A stretch of 64,000 nt of DNA, from the NCBI GenBank assembly GCA_951406725.2, contig OX597833.1:65968001-66032000 (forward strand). The letters are read 5' to 3'. Numbering within the stretch: the stretch's first letter is position 1; every line of letters starts with the position of its first letter. The position numbers and the translations under genes are program-made. This stretch comes from Octopus vulgaris (Eukaryota). Positions 30,214 through 45,030 of the stretch are shown here, piece after piece. Below the pieces are notes generated by a model. The model was given only the letters and a program-made list of their open reading frames with translations. It ran no database searches and had not been told where the DNA came from.

Positions 30214-30667
30214 AAGGATAGAATAGGAGTGAAAGAGGGAGAGATGAAAAGATAGAGAGAGAGGGAAGAGACAAGCAGATTGACAAAATGACAGAGAGAG
30301 AGAGAGACACAGTGTATGGGAAGAGAGAGAAAGGGTGAGTGTGGTGAGAATATCAGAGAGACAAAGACGGAGTGTAAGGAAGAAAAGATGGTGAGAAGAG
30401 ATACTGCGAGAAAGATAGAAGATAAGGAGGGAGGGTGGTAGATGTATATGAGAGAGAGGGAAAGTGAGTGGGAGAGGTAGTAGTGTGAAAGGGTTGAGGG
30501 AGGAGGTAGATGGTGAAAATAAGATAGAGGTGTGAATATACGAGAGAGTGTGAGAGAATGGTGAGAGGGATGGAGATAGAGGGAGAGGTGGTAAATAGAG
30601 AGTAGGGGAAAAGACAGACAGACAGACAGACATATAGATAGATAGAGAGAGAGAGAACGAGAGATAA

Positions 30668-30854
<187 letters not shown>

Positions 30855-30934
30855 CATTCATGCATACATACATACATAGACAGACATACAGATAGGCAGG
30901 CAGGCAGATAGACAAACAGACGGACGGACAGACG

Positions 30935-30965
<31 letters not shown>

Positions 30966-30999
30966 CGATGGACAGACAGACGTGTAGGTACGTAGGTAA

Positions 31000-31080
<81 letters not shown>

Positions 31081-31678
31081 GTGTAGAATTTTTTTAAATA
31101 ATCATGACGTACAATTTCATAAATATTTATAACGTACGTATATTTACCCCCATTAGTGTACGACTAACAGTACCTGGTAAATTCCAGGTTATAAGTATGT
31201 TCTTACTTCTACTTTCCTTTATATTCCAGATGTACTATGAGAGGGTTGCATTCTTGATCTTATCTCTAAACCCGAACGATTATATATGCTGCTAAAATCT
31301 GCTCTTAAATATATACACTGTAAGTGCAGTATATTTCTTCTGGATACAGCTGCCTGAAATTATAGGGCCAATTTACATCAGCTTCTTAAGAAGGCGTAAT
31401 TCATTTTATTGCGCAGTTCTATACCAATCTACAATTAAAAATTTACTGTTACTGTTCCATATTATGAAACACACTGGATACCACAAACTCTTTCGCCGAA
31501 ACTGTAAAACCAAAAGTACTTATTGAGGAAATTATACACCTATAAAGCAAAACCAACGTCACTGTACAAAAATGTATGAGATGTTCAGTAATTGCAAATT
31601 CAGGGCCAATGATTTGTTAATGAATTTCAAATACAAATGGGTCAGCTTGTATTCAATACTTACATTATTGTAAGAGAG

Positions 31679-31750
31679 AAAGTGAGTGGGAGAAGTGGTA
31701 GTGTGAAAGGGTTGAGGGAGGAAGTAGATGGTGAAAAAAGATAGAGGTGT
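31679..31750 (+). repeat. 72-bp dispersed copy of 30461-30533
   Basis: aaagtgagtgggaga.gt.gtagtgtgaaagggttgagggagga.gtagatggtgaaaa.aagatagaggtgt at both sites. Confidence 0.9.
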
Positions 31751-31783
31751 AACAACACTATGGACCGCTTAGTTTTCAAAAGT

Positions 31784-31872
<89 letters not shown>

Positions 31873-31874
<2 letters not shown>

Positions 31875-32286
31875 CACAGGAGTGGCTGTGCGGTAAGTAG
31901 CTTGCTTACCAACCACATGGTTCCGGGTTCAGTCCCACTGCGTGGCATCTTGGGCAAGTGTATTCTGCTATAGCCACGGGCCGACCAATGCCTTGTGAGT
32001 GGATTTGGTAGACGGAAACTGAAAGAAGCCTGTCGCATACATGTATATATATATATATATATGTATGTATGTGTGTGTATATGTTTGTGTGTCTGTGTTT
32101 GTCCCCCTAGCATTGCTGGTGTGTTTACGTCCCCGTAACTTAGCGGTTCGGCAAAAGAGACCGATAGTAATAAGTACTGAGCTTACAAAGAATAAGTCCC
32201 GGGGTCGATTTGCTCGACTAAAGGCGATGCTCCAGCATGGCCGCAGTCAGATGACAGAAACAAGTAAAAGAGTAAAGAGTAAGAGT
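31873..32286 (+). mobile_element. Full-length SINE family A
   Basis: ggcacaggagtggctgtgcggtaag...ggttcagtccc...cttgggcaagtg...; tail aaaagagtaaagagtaagagt; sits in (TA)n. Confidence 0.93.
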
Positions 32287-32297
32287 ATATATATATA

Positions 32298-32434
32298 TAT
32301 TTATTATATAGAAGGAGCTTCTACAGGACTAGAACTGTTTCATTCAAGAGAAATCATCAGGAGTAAATTAATTTTACTCTGCTATGTATTGAGTATCTTA
32401 TTTACTGTGGTTAACCCCGAATCAACCCGGGACC

Positions 32435-32437
<3 letters not shown>
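32298..32437. mobile_element. Penelope-like family P2 fragment in (TA)n with hammerhead core on the minus strand
   Basis: Minus strand 32327-32360 reads CTGATGA-tttctcttgaat-GAAAC-agttcta-GTC. Shares segments with 19516-19676. Confidence 0.6.
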
Positions 32438-32500
<63 letters not shown>

Positions 32501-32576
32501 GCCTGAATGAGATCAAGCACATGATACACAAACAAGCTGCAGAGCCGACCGTCGATTTTCCATATACATAAATATG

Positions 32577-32659
<83 letters not shown>

Positions 32660-32915
32660 TGTGTGTAAAGTAAAAAGTGAAAGAGTCAAAAGGAAGAGTA
32701 AGCACGGTTAAGCAGCTTTTTAATCACTACAAATGTTTCGATACAGATCCTCGTGTATACAAAATTTAAAGTTAAGTTTAAATTAAATCAAGTAACAGTT
32801 TACCTGTATAAGAAGATCTCTATGTATCGCCTCGGGCGATACTCATTTGCTGTCTCCGTAAGTAAGTCTAGATTTCCATGCTACATCATCCATGGCTTCT
32901 TCTTTGAAACTAACT

Positions 32916-32994
<79 letters not shown>

Positions 32995-32997
<3 letters not shown>

Positions 32998-33195
32998 TTA
33001 GCTCCTACACGCATTTTTTTCTCTCCTTTTTTCTCTCCTTGTTTCTCTCCTTGTTTTCTTCTGTGTATCTTTCTGTCGAAGAGCGTAGGCTCGAAACGTA
33101 AAAGACTTTTTCTATTCCTGAGCGCTATACTAATACATTTGTTTGTTTGTACTCCACCTGCCTTCGTCTTTTGTTTATTTTTGTAAACTTTCCCG

Positions 33196-33197
<2 letters not shown>
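32995..33197 (+). mobile_element. Penelope-like family P1 fragment in (TA)n
   Basis: Reverse complement of 5320-5500 and 19278-19480, flanked by (TA)n on both sides. Confidence 0.7.
33068..33105 (+). ncRNA. Candidate minimal type I hammerhead ribozyme, variant core CUGUCGA
   Basis: TCTTT | CTGTCGA A | GAGC gtag GCTC | GAAA C GTA | AAAGA: helix I (5 bp), helix II (4 bp), palindromic ACGT helix III and an NUH site. Activity untested. Confidence 0.55.
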
Positions 33198-33252
<55 letters not shown>

Positions 33253-33654
33253 TATATATATAAGAATTTTAATAGGAGAAGATGGAATTAACGGACGGAT
33301 ACTCGCTGTAGGACAGATAAAAGAAGTTCTACTGTTTCATAGCAACTGGTAGCCGATACTTGAAGAGGAGCTTTGTAAAACACGCTACAAGGTTATTACC
33401 CAGATAAAATTTAATTATGTGTGTATGTGCGTGTGTGTGAATGTTCGTATGTGTCACAAGATCCTCAGGCGAATATATATGTGCGTATGTTAAATATATA
33501 TATGTATGTGTGTATGTTTGTATGAATATATGTGTGTGTGTGCGTGTGTATGTATATGCATATGTATGTGTATATATGACAAAATTTCAATTAATCTGGC
33601 GTGTAGGGAAGAGTGTGGGTGATTGAATAAAAGTGCGCATTAATAATAATAATA

Positions 33655-34075
33655 AGATGAAGAAGATGAAGAAGAAAAATGAGGAGAAGAAGAAGAAGAA
33701 GAAGAAGAAGAAGAAGAAGAAGAAGAAGAAGAAGAAGGTGAAGATGAAGAAGAAGAAGAAGAAGAAGAAGAAGAAGAAGAAGAAGAAAAAGAAGAAGAAG
33801 AAGAAGAAGAAGAAGAAGAAGAAGAAGAAAAAGAAGAAGGAGAAGAAGAAGAAGAAGAAGAAGAAGAAGAAGAAGAAGAAGAAGAAGAAGAAGAAGAAGA
33901 AGAAGAAGAAGAAGAAGAAGAAGAAGAAGAAGAAGAAGAAGAAGAAGAAGAAGAAGAAGAAGGAGAAGAAGAAGAAGAAGAAGAAGAAGAAGAAGAAGAA
34001 GAAGAAGAAAAAGAAGAAGAAGAAGAAGAAGAAGAACAACAACAACAACAACAACAACAGCAACAGCAACAACAT
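33655..34075. repeat. (GAA)n microsatellite ending in (CAA)n
   Basis: Direct reading. Confidence 0.97.
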
Positions 34076-34509
34076 GTAGTTAATATTGTTATTCAGAGAT
34101 ATGATTAGATAAACGTAATTTATTAAGTTGATTATTGTTGAGCTGAGGAAAGGTGGTTGTGGAGGGGTTGGCAACGGAAAACACACACTCGGAGGCATGA
34201 AGAATTAAATGTTTTGTTTTGGAAGCATGAAGATAAAGGTGAATGAGGTGTAATAACAATAGGGGTGGTGGGTGGGGGTGCTGATACCAAAAAACAAAAA
34301 AAACAAAAGACAAAACCGCGGTGTTTAGAAAGAGAAAAGCAAAAGGAAATGAAAACTGTAAAACGGAGAAAAGAGAGTGTTGGAGTTAGATGTAAAGCGA
34401 AAGAGGAGGGTGTCAATTAATAAAAAGTATAAATGAGTGATGGGAAGAGGAGGGTTTAGAAAGGAATACAGGGCATGAAGAAAGGGTCTGATTATTGGTG
34501 CCAAATAGG

Positions 34510-34968
34510 TATTTCTACTAAAGGCACAAGGCCTGGAATTTTGGTGGTGGGGGGACCAGTTGGTGACATAGACAGCAGGGTTTCACTGGCACTTAATTTA
34601 ACGACCCCGTTAGGATGAAAGGCAAAGTCGACCTCGGCGGAATTCGAACTCAGAACGTAGCCGCAGACGAAATAGCTATTTCTTTACATCCACAAGCGGC
34701 TAAACACAGAGGGGACAAACAAGGACAGACAAATGGACTAAGTCGATTATATCGACTCCAGTGCGTAACTGGTACTTATTTAATCGACCCCGAAAGGATG
34801 AAAGGCAAAGTCGATCTCGGCCTAATTCGAACTCAGAACGTAGCGACGGGCGAAATACCTATTTCTTAACTACACCACAAGGGGCTAAACACAGAAGGGA
34901 TAGACAAGGACAGACAAACGGATTAAGTCGATAATATATCGACCCCAGTGCGTAACTGGTACTTATTT
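34510..34968 (-). mobile_element. SINE family C, multimeric (~2.5 units of ~183 bp), 5'-truncated
   Basis: ggatgaaaggcaaagtcga.ctcggc...aattcgaactcagaacgtag repeats at ~34613 and ~34796. Reverse complement of 46962-47540. Confidence 0.88.
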
Positions 34969-35115
34969 AGAGTGGGGTTTTAGCCATTTGCATTGACCTC
35001 CCCCTTCCCAGTGCTCAACAGAGATTGATTTTATTCCGAAGGGATAAGGGATATAGTCAACCTCGGGAGAATTTGAAAGAAGGGGTTATATTATTAAATG
35101 GTAACAACGCGTGCC

Positions 35116-35185
<70 letters not shown>

Positions 35186-35678
35186 CGCACGTGTATGTGT
35201 TTGTGAGGTGGGAGTTTTAGTTATTGAGTTCTTTATTGTTTTAGCCATCGTGGCTAGGGCCATGCTGGAGTCTTCTCTCTGTGTGTGAATGCCAAAGATG
35301 GTAAGAAGAAATTAGAGATATACTACCATGAAATGAAAAGTTGTGAATTGACGAAGTGAATTGATTGAGTGAGTGATGGGAAGAGGAGAGGTAGAAAGAT
35401 CAAGGAATTTAAGGGAGTGATTTAATAAGAGAAGTAAGAGGTACATAAAGAGAAAGGAGAGATAGAGTGAGGAGGAAATAAATTGGTAGGATGTATGAGA
35501 GAGGGATATGATTTGCTGAGACGAATTGAAGGAGAAGGTGCGAAATAAGGAATAAGTTGAAGGCTGGGTGGTGGGTAGAGGAAAGATAGTAATACGAATA
35601 GGATACCGGAAAAGGGAGATAAATATGAAAGACAAACCAGAAGAGACATGGAGCGTGGGTAATAGATAGATAGATAGG

Positions 35679-35714
<36 letters not shown>

Positions 35715-35729
35715 TAGATAGATAGATAT

Positions 35730-35801
<72 letters not shown>

Positions 35802-36156
35802 ATTCGATTGTTAGAGGGATAGACAGGAAAACTGAGAGGAAGATAGTTAAATAGATATAAATATAGATTACACATGTATATAATATATATAAGAACACAC
35901 ATATGTGTATGTGCATGTGCGTGTGTATGTATGTATATATATGAATATGTTGGACTTCTCGTCTAGCCAGTGGGGTTGCGTCATTCGAAGGTTAAAATGA
36001 AGCAAAGCGCATTGTGACCACCCATGCGTAACAACATTTGAGAGTCAGGTTGGTCATGTGATCCCATAATATATGTATATTTATGTGTGTGTATGTGTGT
36101 GTGGTGGGGTGTATGTCTGCGTCTGTATATTGGTATCTGTGTATATATACATGCAC

Positions 36157-36326
<170 letters not shown>

Positions 36327-37008
36327 GTTCAAAGATTTATCATATATTTTTGATTATATATATATATATATATATATGTCTGTATATATGTATGTATATT
36401 GGCAGAAAGAGAATGAAAGAGATGAAAATGAATGATTTTTCAGAGATGGGAGAGAGAGATGTTACGACTACCTGTCTGACTGATTGAATGGAAGAACGAA
36501 TGACTGAATGAGTGAATGAGGGAATGAGGGAATGAATGTGTGTGAGGAGAGCTGAGATCGAGAGAGAAAGGGGGGAGACAAAGAGAGGGGGGATGAGAAC
36601 AAGGAGGAGGAGGAATTGTAACAGAGAAAGAGAAGTGAAATCAAAAGCGTGAAAGGGGGAAGTAATCCAGTAGAGAATCGAAGACATATTGATCCTGTGT
36701 TCTGGCATTTCCTTTGGTATTGTTACATTTATTTGCCTTCATCGGTTGTGCAATATTTTGATCAGAAATTGAATGCCCAGAGAAATATTTCAAATTAAAT
36801 TTTGCTGAAAATTTTAAATTGCTTGTTTGAAAAATCAAAGACGATGTTTTCGAAAAGGAAGAAGAAGAAAAAAAAAAAAAAAAACAAAATTTGAAAACAA
36901 AACTCAACAAAATAAAACTAGAATACACACACACACACACACATACACACACACACACACACACAGAGAAGCAGCTTCAAAACGATAAAAGACAACAGTC
37001 ACAATAGA

Positions 37009-37605
<597 letters not shown>

Positions 37606-37904
37606 TGTTTTGTAATGAAATAACAACTAACAACTAACAAAAAAAACGCATAAATTAACAAAAATAATAAGGAATGACAAACCTGAAAGTTTACCAAGCA
37701 ATATCGAGCGGGGATTGAAAGAAAGAAAAGGGGAACAAATAAAAGGAAATATTTAAAGGTATTAGTCTGTAGTTTATCACTTTATTTGCCCGGAAGAATG
37801 AATAATGTGGAAGAATTTTGAATATTAAAGTAATTAAAGAAATTTGTGTTTAATATGAATGAAAAAGAATGATAATTAAATTCACCCGAATATATATATA
37901 TATG

Positions 37905-38036
<132 letters not shown>

Positions 38037-38047
38037 GTATGTATATA

Positions 38048-38083
<36 letters not shown>

Positions 38084-38137
38084 TGTATGTATGTATGTAT
38101 GTATGTATGTATGTATGTATGTATGTATGTATGTTTG

Positions 38138-38186
<49 letters not shown>

Positions 38187-38904
38187 ATGTGTATATATAT
38201 ATGTATGCATGTATGTATGTATGTATATATGTATATGTATCACATACTCGGAATATAATTAGGAAACCTATTTATATGGTTAAGAATGTAAACATGGAGA
38301 TTACAAATTTTCGAGATGTTTGTTTCTGTATGTACGCGTATATCAATGTATGTCGTTTTAGAAGTTAGCATACACTTGTATGTTTAGATGTGTGTGTGTG
38401 TGTGTTTACGATCTGGAATGTGTGTGTGTGTATGTCTGCATGTATGTGTGTGTGTGTGTCTATGTTTACGTGTTTATAGGTAGTTATACATATCTGAATA
38501 TAAATATATGGGCACCTGTATCCGTACATAAGTGAGTGTCACTATACACGGCATACACACCACAAACACACACAAAAACACATACACACACAGATAGAAA
38601 TATATACATATGATACATACACATGTGTGTATATGTTTTCTTGTCTATACATTATATACATACATACATACATACATATATACACACATATATATATACA
38701 CACATATATATACATATATATATACACACACATATATATATATATATATATATGTAGGCATGTACATAAGTACATATATATATATACATATTTACAAGTG
38801 TGTGTGTCTGTGCCTATATGTCTGTGTGTCTGTGCCTAAATGTCTGTATGTATGTGCCTATATGTCTGTGTGTGTGCGTGTGTGCGTGTGTGCGTGTGTG
38901 TGTA

Positions 38905-38967
<63 letters not shown>

Positions 38968-39161
38968 GAACATTTACACAAATATGACTTCCAACTGAAA
39001 TACATTAACATATATGATCATGGAACACCGCTTTCGGTCCGAGACGAAGAGAGAGACACAGAGAGACAGAGACAGAGACAGAGAGAAAGAGAGAGAGAGA
39101 GAGACATACATACATACATATATACATAAATACATACATACATACATACATACATACATAC

Positions 39162-39192
<31 letters not shown>

Positions 39193-39464
39193 CATACATA
39201 CATACACACATACACACATACACACATACATACATACATACATACTGACAGACAGTTAGAGATAGACAGGCAATGAGAGAGAGAGAGAGACAGAGAGAAA
39301 GAGAGAGAAGTGGCAGAGGGGAGAAAGAGACACAAACCAAGAGAGGAATCGTAAATGGACCAAAGTTTATGACATTTGCTTGGATTACAGTGAAACATGT
39401 AAAAATGTGAATATCATCCGAAAATGGAGAGAAAATGAAAATAATATCATATTATTCGTATTAG

Positions 39465-39514
<50 letters not shown>

Positions 39515-39739
39515 TCTGTATGTGTGTGTGGGGGCGGCGTGTGTAGGCGTCTGGAGGGGGTGCTGTTCATGTTTATTAATATTTGATATTTAATACTAAA
39601 CTGAATTTCAAATTTATCATTTTCATATAACTTAATTTATATTGAAACCGGCTTAAAATTGTTTATATGCCTGCGCCAAAGCGTTTGTGAGGATAATATG
39701 TGCACATACATGTATATGTGTGTGTCTATATATGTGTAT

Positions 39740-39844
<105 letters not shown>

Positions 39845-40090
39845 CGTATATATATATATACATATATATATGCATGTACATGTGTATATATATATATGTA
39901 TGAATATTTATAAGTATGAATTTGTGATTGCATATATATATATATTGTTATATTTCGTATGATATATATATATAAGTATATATATATATGTGATTGCATA
40001 TATATATATGTGGGTGCGTTTGTGTGTGTAAGTACATGTCTCTATATATACATGTATGTATATATCTATACACATATTTGTATATATAAG

Positions 40091-40142
<52 letters not shown>

Positions 40143-40242
40143 TACATGTATATATATATACATATGAGTGTGTGCCTGAGTTTGTGAGGTGTATATATAT
40201 ATATATTTGCGAGTCTCTCTCTCCCTCTCTCTATGTGTGTGT

Positions 40243-40323
<81 letters not shown>

Positions 40324-40600
40324 CACACACATAGATTGAGTGAGAGAGAGAGAGAGAGATATGTATATATACATAAAGAGGGGTGGAAGACGCATATAGT
40401 GAGAGAGACGGACAAGAGGTATCTTGCCAACAATTTCCACATGCAAGTGCTACCAGTTGAAAGCTTCGCATACCGGAAACCAGCAAGTGTATGGGGCCAT
40501 CAGGATAGAATGCACGCCGTTTCGGGGCCTGCTTCTCAACGGCATCAATACGCAACCTCACTGACATGAGGCCCTGCTTGCTAGAACAACTGCTTATCAA

Positions 40601-40960
40601 ATCACCTTGATCACCTTGACCGACCAGTCCGTCAGGCGTCCAGTTGACACCGCTGGTCACAGCACGCTGTCCATTCCTCTCTGGATCGCGCCTTTCTCAT
40701 CCACGTGATCTCAATCGTTCTCCTGAAATCGTAGCTCCACCGTCGTGGAGGTCTTCCGGGTGGTCTTTTCCGCTCGTTCGGGTACCACTCGACAACTGCG
40801 GGTGTCCACCGATTATCGGTGAGCCGGACGACGTGTCCAGCCCATCTATACTTGCTGCGTGTATACTCTGCGATGACATCTCTCACGCCGGACTTCTTTC
40901 TGGTGATCTCGCTACAGATGTGCTCTCTCAACGAGATACCAAGCATTGACCTTTCCAGGT
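40601..40960 (-). mobile_element. RTE-1-type LINE 3' end
   Basis: ORF 40632-40979: LERSMLGISLREHI...KYRWAGHVVRLTDNRWT.AVVEWYPNERKRPPGRPPRRW...WMRKARSREEW. Followed by a short tandem tail (tcaaggtga)2 typical of RTE. Confidence 0.9.
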
Positions 40961-41313
40961 CAATGGAAAGGCTTATCAAATATAGTTCAATATTCTTCCA
41001 GCCAAATCCAGTGGCTAGCTTTTTCCACTGTAGTTTGGATATCGGTCATGGTGATATTTATTTTACGATGGGTTAGGCCCAACGATTACAACAGCAGTCT
41101 CACAGTGTCTAACAAACCCACTACATCCGACTTTGATTGGAAAATGCTCCGCTTTCACTGTTTGTATCTATATATGGTCTATATGTTTGTCCATCACCAC
41201 CACTTGACAATTGGCGTGGTTTGCTTAGGTTCCCTTAAATTAGCGGTTCGGCAAGAGGTTCCATAAAATAACTACCAGAATTATACAGATATAATTATGC
41301 ATATGCTTGTCTG

Positions 41314-41398
<85 letters not shown>

Positions 41399-41426
41399 AT
41401 GTCTGTCTATCTGTCTGTCTATCTAC

Positions 41427-41459
<33 letters not shown>

Positions 41460-41478
41460 ATCTATCTACCTGTCTGTA

Positions 41479-41556
<78 letters not shown>

Positions 41557-41570
41557 GATATATATAGATA

Positions 41571-41606
<36 letters not shown>

Positions 41607-42140
41607 TTTATGCATATATCTATGTCTACATCCGTTCCCCTTTTCTTTTTCTCTTCGTATATATTCATACGTATACACGTATGTATATATATGTACGTGT
41701 CTATGTCTGTGATTCTACATACATACATAACACCTACGTACAAAACACTTACACACACAGGACATACAAACGCACACTCACTCACTCACACACGTATATG
41801 TATATATTTAAATTCGCTGGTTTTAAATTGAAAACAATTTATCGATGTGCACTCTTCTCAATATTTCCTTTAAATATTCAACCAGTCTAGTACAATAATG
41901 GAGTCTTCTTTTCAGAAAACACTGATGCATTATAAACGGCGTATAGTTTGATAATGTGCTTTGCTCCAGATGGTTCTCGGTTCTCTGAACGGATATAAAA
42001 GGGTAGATTAAGATTTAGGAAAATCGTTAAAAAGGATTAAGTCAGTGGCTAACATCGTATATAAAGTGTTTGTGAATCAAATGGCCATTAAACTATTGTC
42101 ATGCATATATGCATCGTACAGAGGTATGTGTGCATGTCTA

Positions 42141-42231
<91 letters not shown>

Positions 42232-42667
42232 TGTATGTATGTATGTATATGTATATAAATATATTTATTTGTGTGTATGTATGTGTATATATATGTGTAT
42301 ATATATATACACATATACGAATATATATTATATGTGTGTGTGTGTGTATAAGCGAAGGAAAGTAACGAACAGTTAGAGTAGAATACACACACACGTACAG
42401 AGATAAATGCACACACACGAGATAAATGCACACACACAGATCCACACACACACAGACACACACACGCATACACAGATCCACACACACATACACAAACATA
42501 TAAAATACGCCCGTTTCACTTTAAATCACTCTCTACTAATATACATACTCACACACACATATATACATATATGGTAATACGCATAAGCACACACACACGC
42601 ACACACACACGCACACGCACACACACATACACACTCATATACCTCTGCATGTATACAATTCTTTGTT

Positions 42668-42700
<33 letters not shown>

Positions 42701-42844
42701 TCTACTCATTTTCCTTCGCTTAATTCTATTTCTCACCCTTGTGATACAATCATCCCATCCAATCATTTAGCTACGCACATACATGCAAATATATATACAC
42801 ACACGTACACACATACACACACACACAGATATATATACACACAC

Positions 42845-43071
42845 ACATACATACAGACATACATACATACAGACATACATACATACATGCATACATACAT
42901 ACATACATACATACATACATACATACATACATACATACATACATACATGCATGCATACATACATACATTCATACATACATACATACATACATTCATACAT
43001 ACATACATGCATACATACGTACATACATACATTTATATATACATACCTACATACATGCATGCATACATACA

Positions 43072-43105
<34 letters not shown>

Positions 43106-43856
43106 CATACATACATTCATATATACATACATACATACATACATACATACATACATACAGACAGACAGACAGACATACAGACAGACAGACAGACAGACAG
43201 ACATACATGCATATATACATACATACATACATACATACATACATACATACATACATACATACATACATACATACATACATACATACATACATACATACAC
43301 ACATACACACATACATACATACATACATACATACATACATACATACATACATACATACATACATACATACATACATACATACATACATACATACATACAT
43401 ACATACACACACACACATACATACATACATACATACATACATACATACATACATACATACATACATACATACATACATACATACATACATACATACATAC
43501 ATACATACATACATACATACATACATACATACATACATACATACATACATACATACATACATACATACATACATACATACATACATACATACATACATAC
43601 ATACATACATACATACATACATACATACATACATACATACATACATACATACATACATACATACATACATACATACATACATACATACATACATACATAC
43701 ATACATACATACATACATACATACATACATACATACATACATACATACATACATACATACATACATACATACATACATACATACATACATACATACATAC
43801 ACACACACATACATACATACATACATACATACATACATACATACATACATACATAC

Positions 43857-43887
<31 letters not shown>

Positions 43888-44204
43888 CATACATACATAC
43901 ATACATACATACATACATACATACATACATACATACATACATACATACATACATACATACATACATACATACATACACACATACATACATACATACATAC
44001 ATACATACATACATACACACATACATACATACATACATACATACATACATACATACATACATACACACATACATACATACATACATACATACATACATAC
44101 ATACATACATACATACACACATACATACATACATACATACATACATACATACATACATACACACACACATACATACATACATACATACATACATACATAC
44201 ATAC

Positions 44205-44235
<31 letters not shown>

Positions 44236-44245
44236 CATACACACA

Positions 44246-44279
<34 letters not shown>

Positions 44280-44393
44280 CATACATACATACATACATAC
44301 ATACATACATACATACATACATACATACATACATACATACATACATACACACATACATACATACATACATACATACATACATACATACATACA

Positions 44394-44422
<29 letters not shown>
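42845..44422. repeat. ~1.6-kb (TACA)n microsatellite
   Basis: Direct reading. It explains the 430-590 aa HTYI/MYVC ORFs. Confidence 0.98.
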
Positions 44423-44424
<2 letters not shown>

Positions 44425-44528
44425 CTCTTTGAAAAATTAAAGAAAAAAGAGGATATCTATGGACAACTGCTTCGAAACCTCCAGCTTCTATATCCAGACT
44501 GTGAATTCATATTCATACCAATAACAAT
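44421..44528 (+). mobile_element. 5'-truncated RLE-type non-LTR fragment beginning directly at (TACA)n
   Basis: Reads KLKKKEDIYGQLLRNLQLLYPDCEFIFIPIT, like the RLE 'K..KY..L......F.PI..GA.G' segment. It is cut by the SINE at 44529. Confidence 0.55.
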
Positions 44529-44660
44529 GTGGAGGCACATGGCCTAGTGGCTAGAGCAGCGGACTCGCGGTCGAGGGATTGTGTGTTCGAATCTCAGACC
44601 GGGCGATGCGTGTTTATGAGCGAAGCACCTAAGTTTCACGCGGCAGAAAATAATGGCGAA
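44529..44660 (+). mobile_element. SINE family B head (tRNA-Arg-like), partial
   Basis: gtggaggcacatggcctagtgg...ggactcgcggtc...gttcgaatctcagaccgggcg...gagcgaagcacctaag. Confidence 0.8.
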
Positions 44661-45030
44661 TTAATTTTAGTTAATGCTTAGCGGTATTTCGTCTTCCAAA
44701 TGTCTTGGAAACGGAAACGGTATTGAAATTCTGCTTATAATGCATGCGTATGTGTCTTTGTGTTAATTCCCTACCACCACTTGACAGCCGGTGTTGGTTT
44801 ATTTATGTTCTTGTAAGTTAGCAGTCGGGTATAAGAGATTAGTAGTGATAAGAAACACTCAAGAGAGCTGAGCAGCAGAAGGTCTTCGGAGAAAAATCCC
44901 GCTCCACTCAGATGTTTTAGCCCTCAATTTCTTACACCCTAAGAGGATCGGGTCGCATCCAGGTCATGACTCCTGGGTGCCGTTCTGCTGACATTTTCTT
45001 TAATCCCTTGGATATTTGAGACTTGTGCAT

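Noticed and set aside
42671-44547. Long ORFs of 430-590 aa (HTYI/MYVC repeats)
   Set aside because: Translations of a stop-free (TACA)n tract, open in multiple frames on both strands; not protein-coding.
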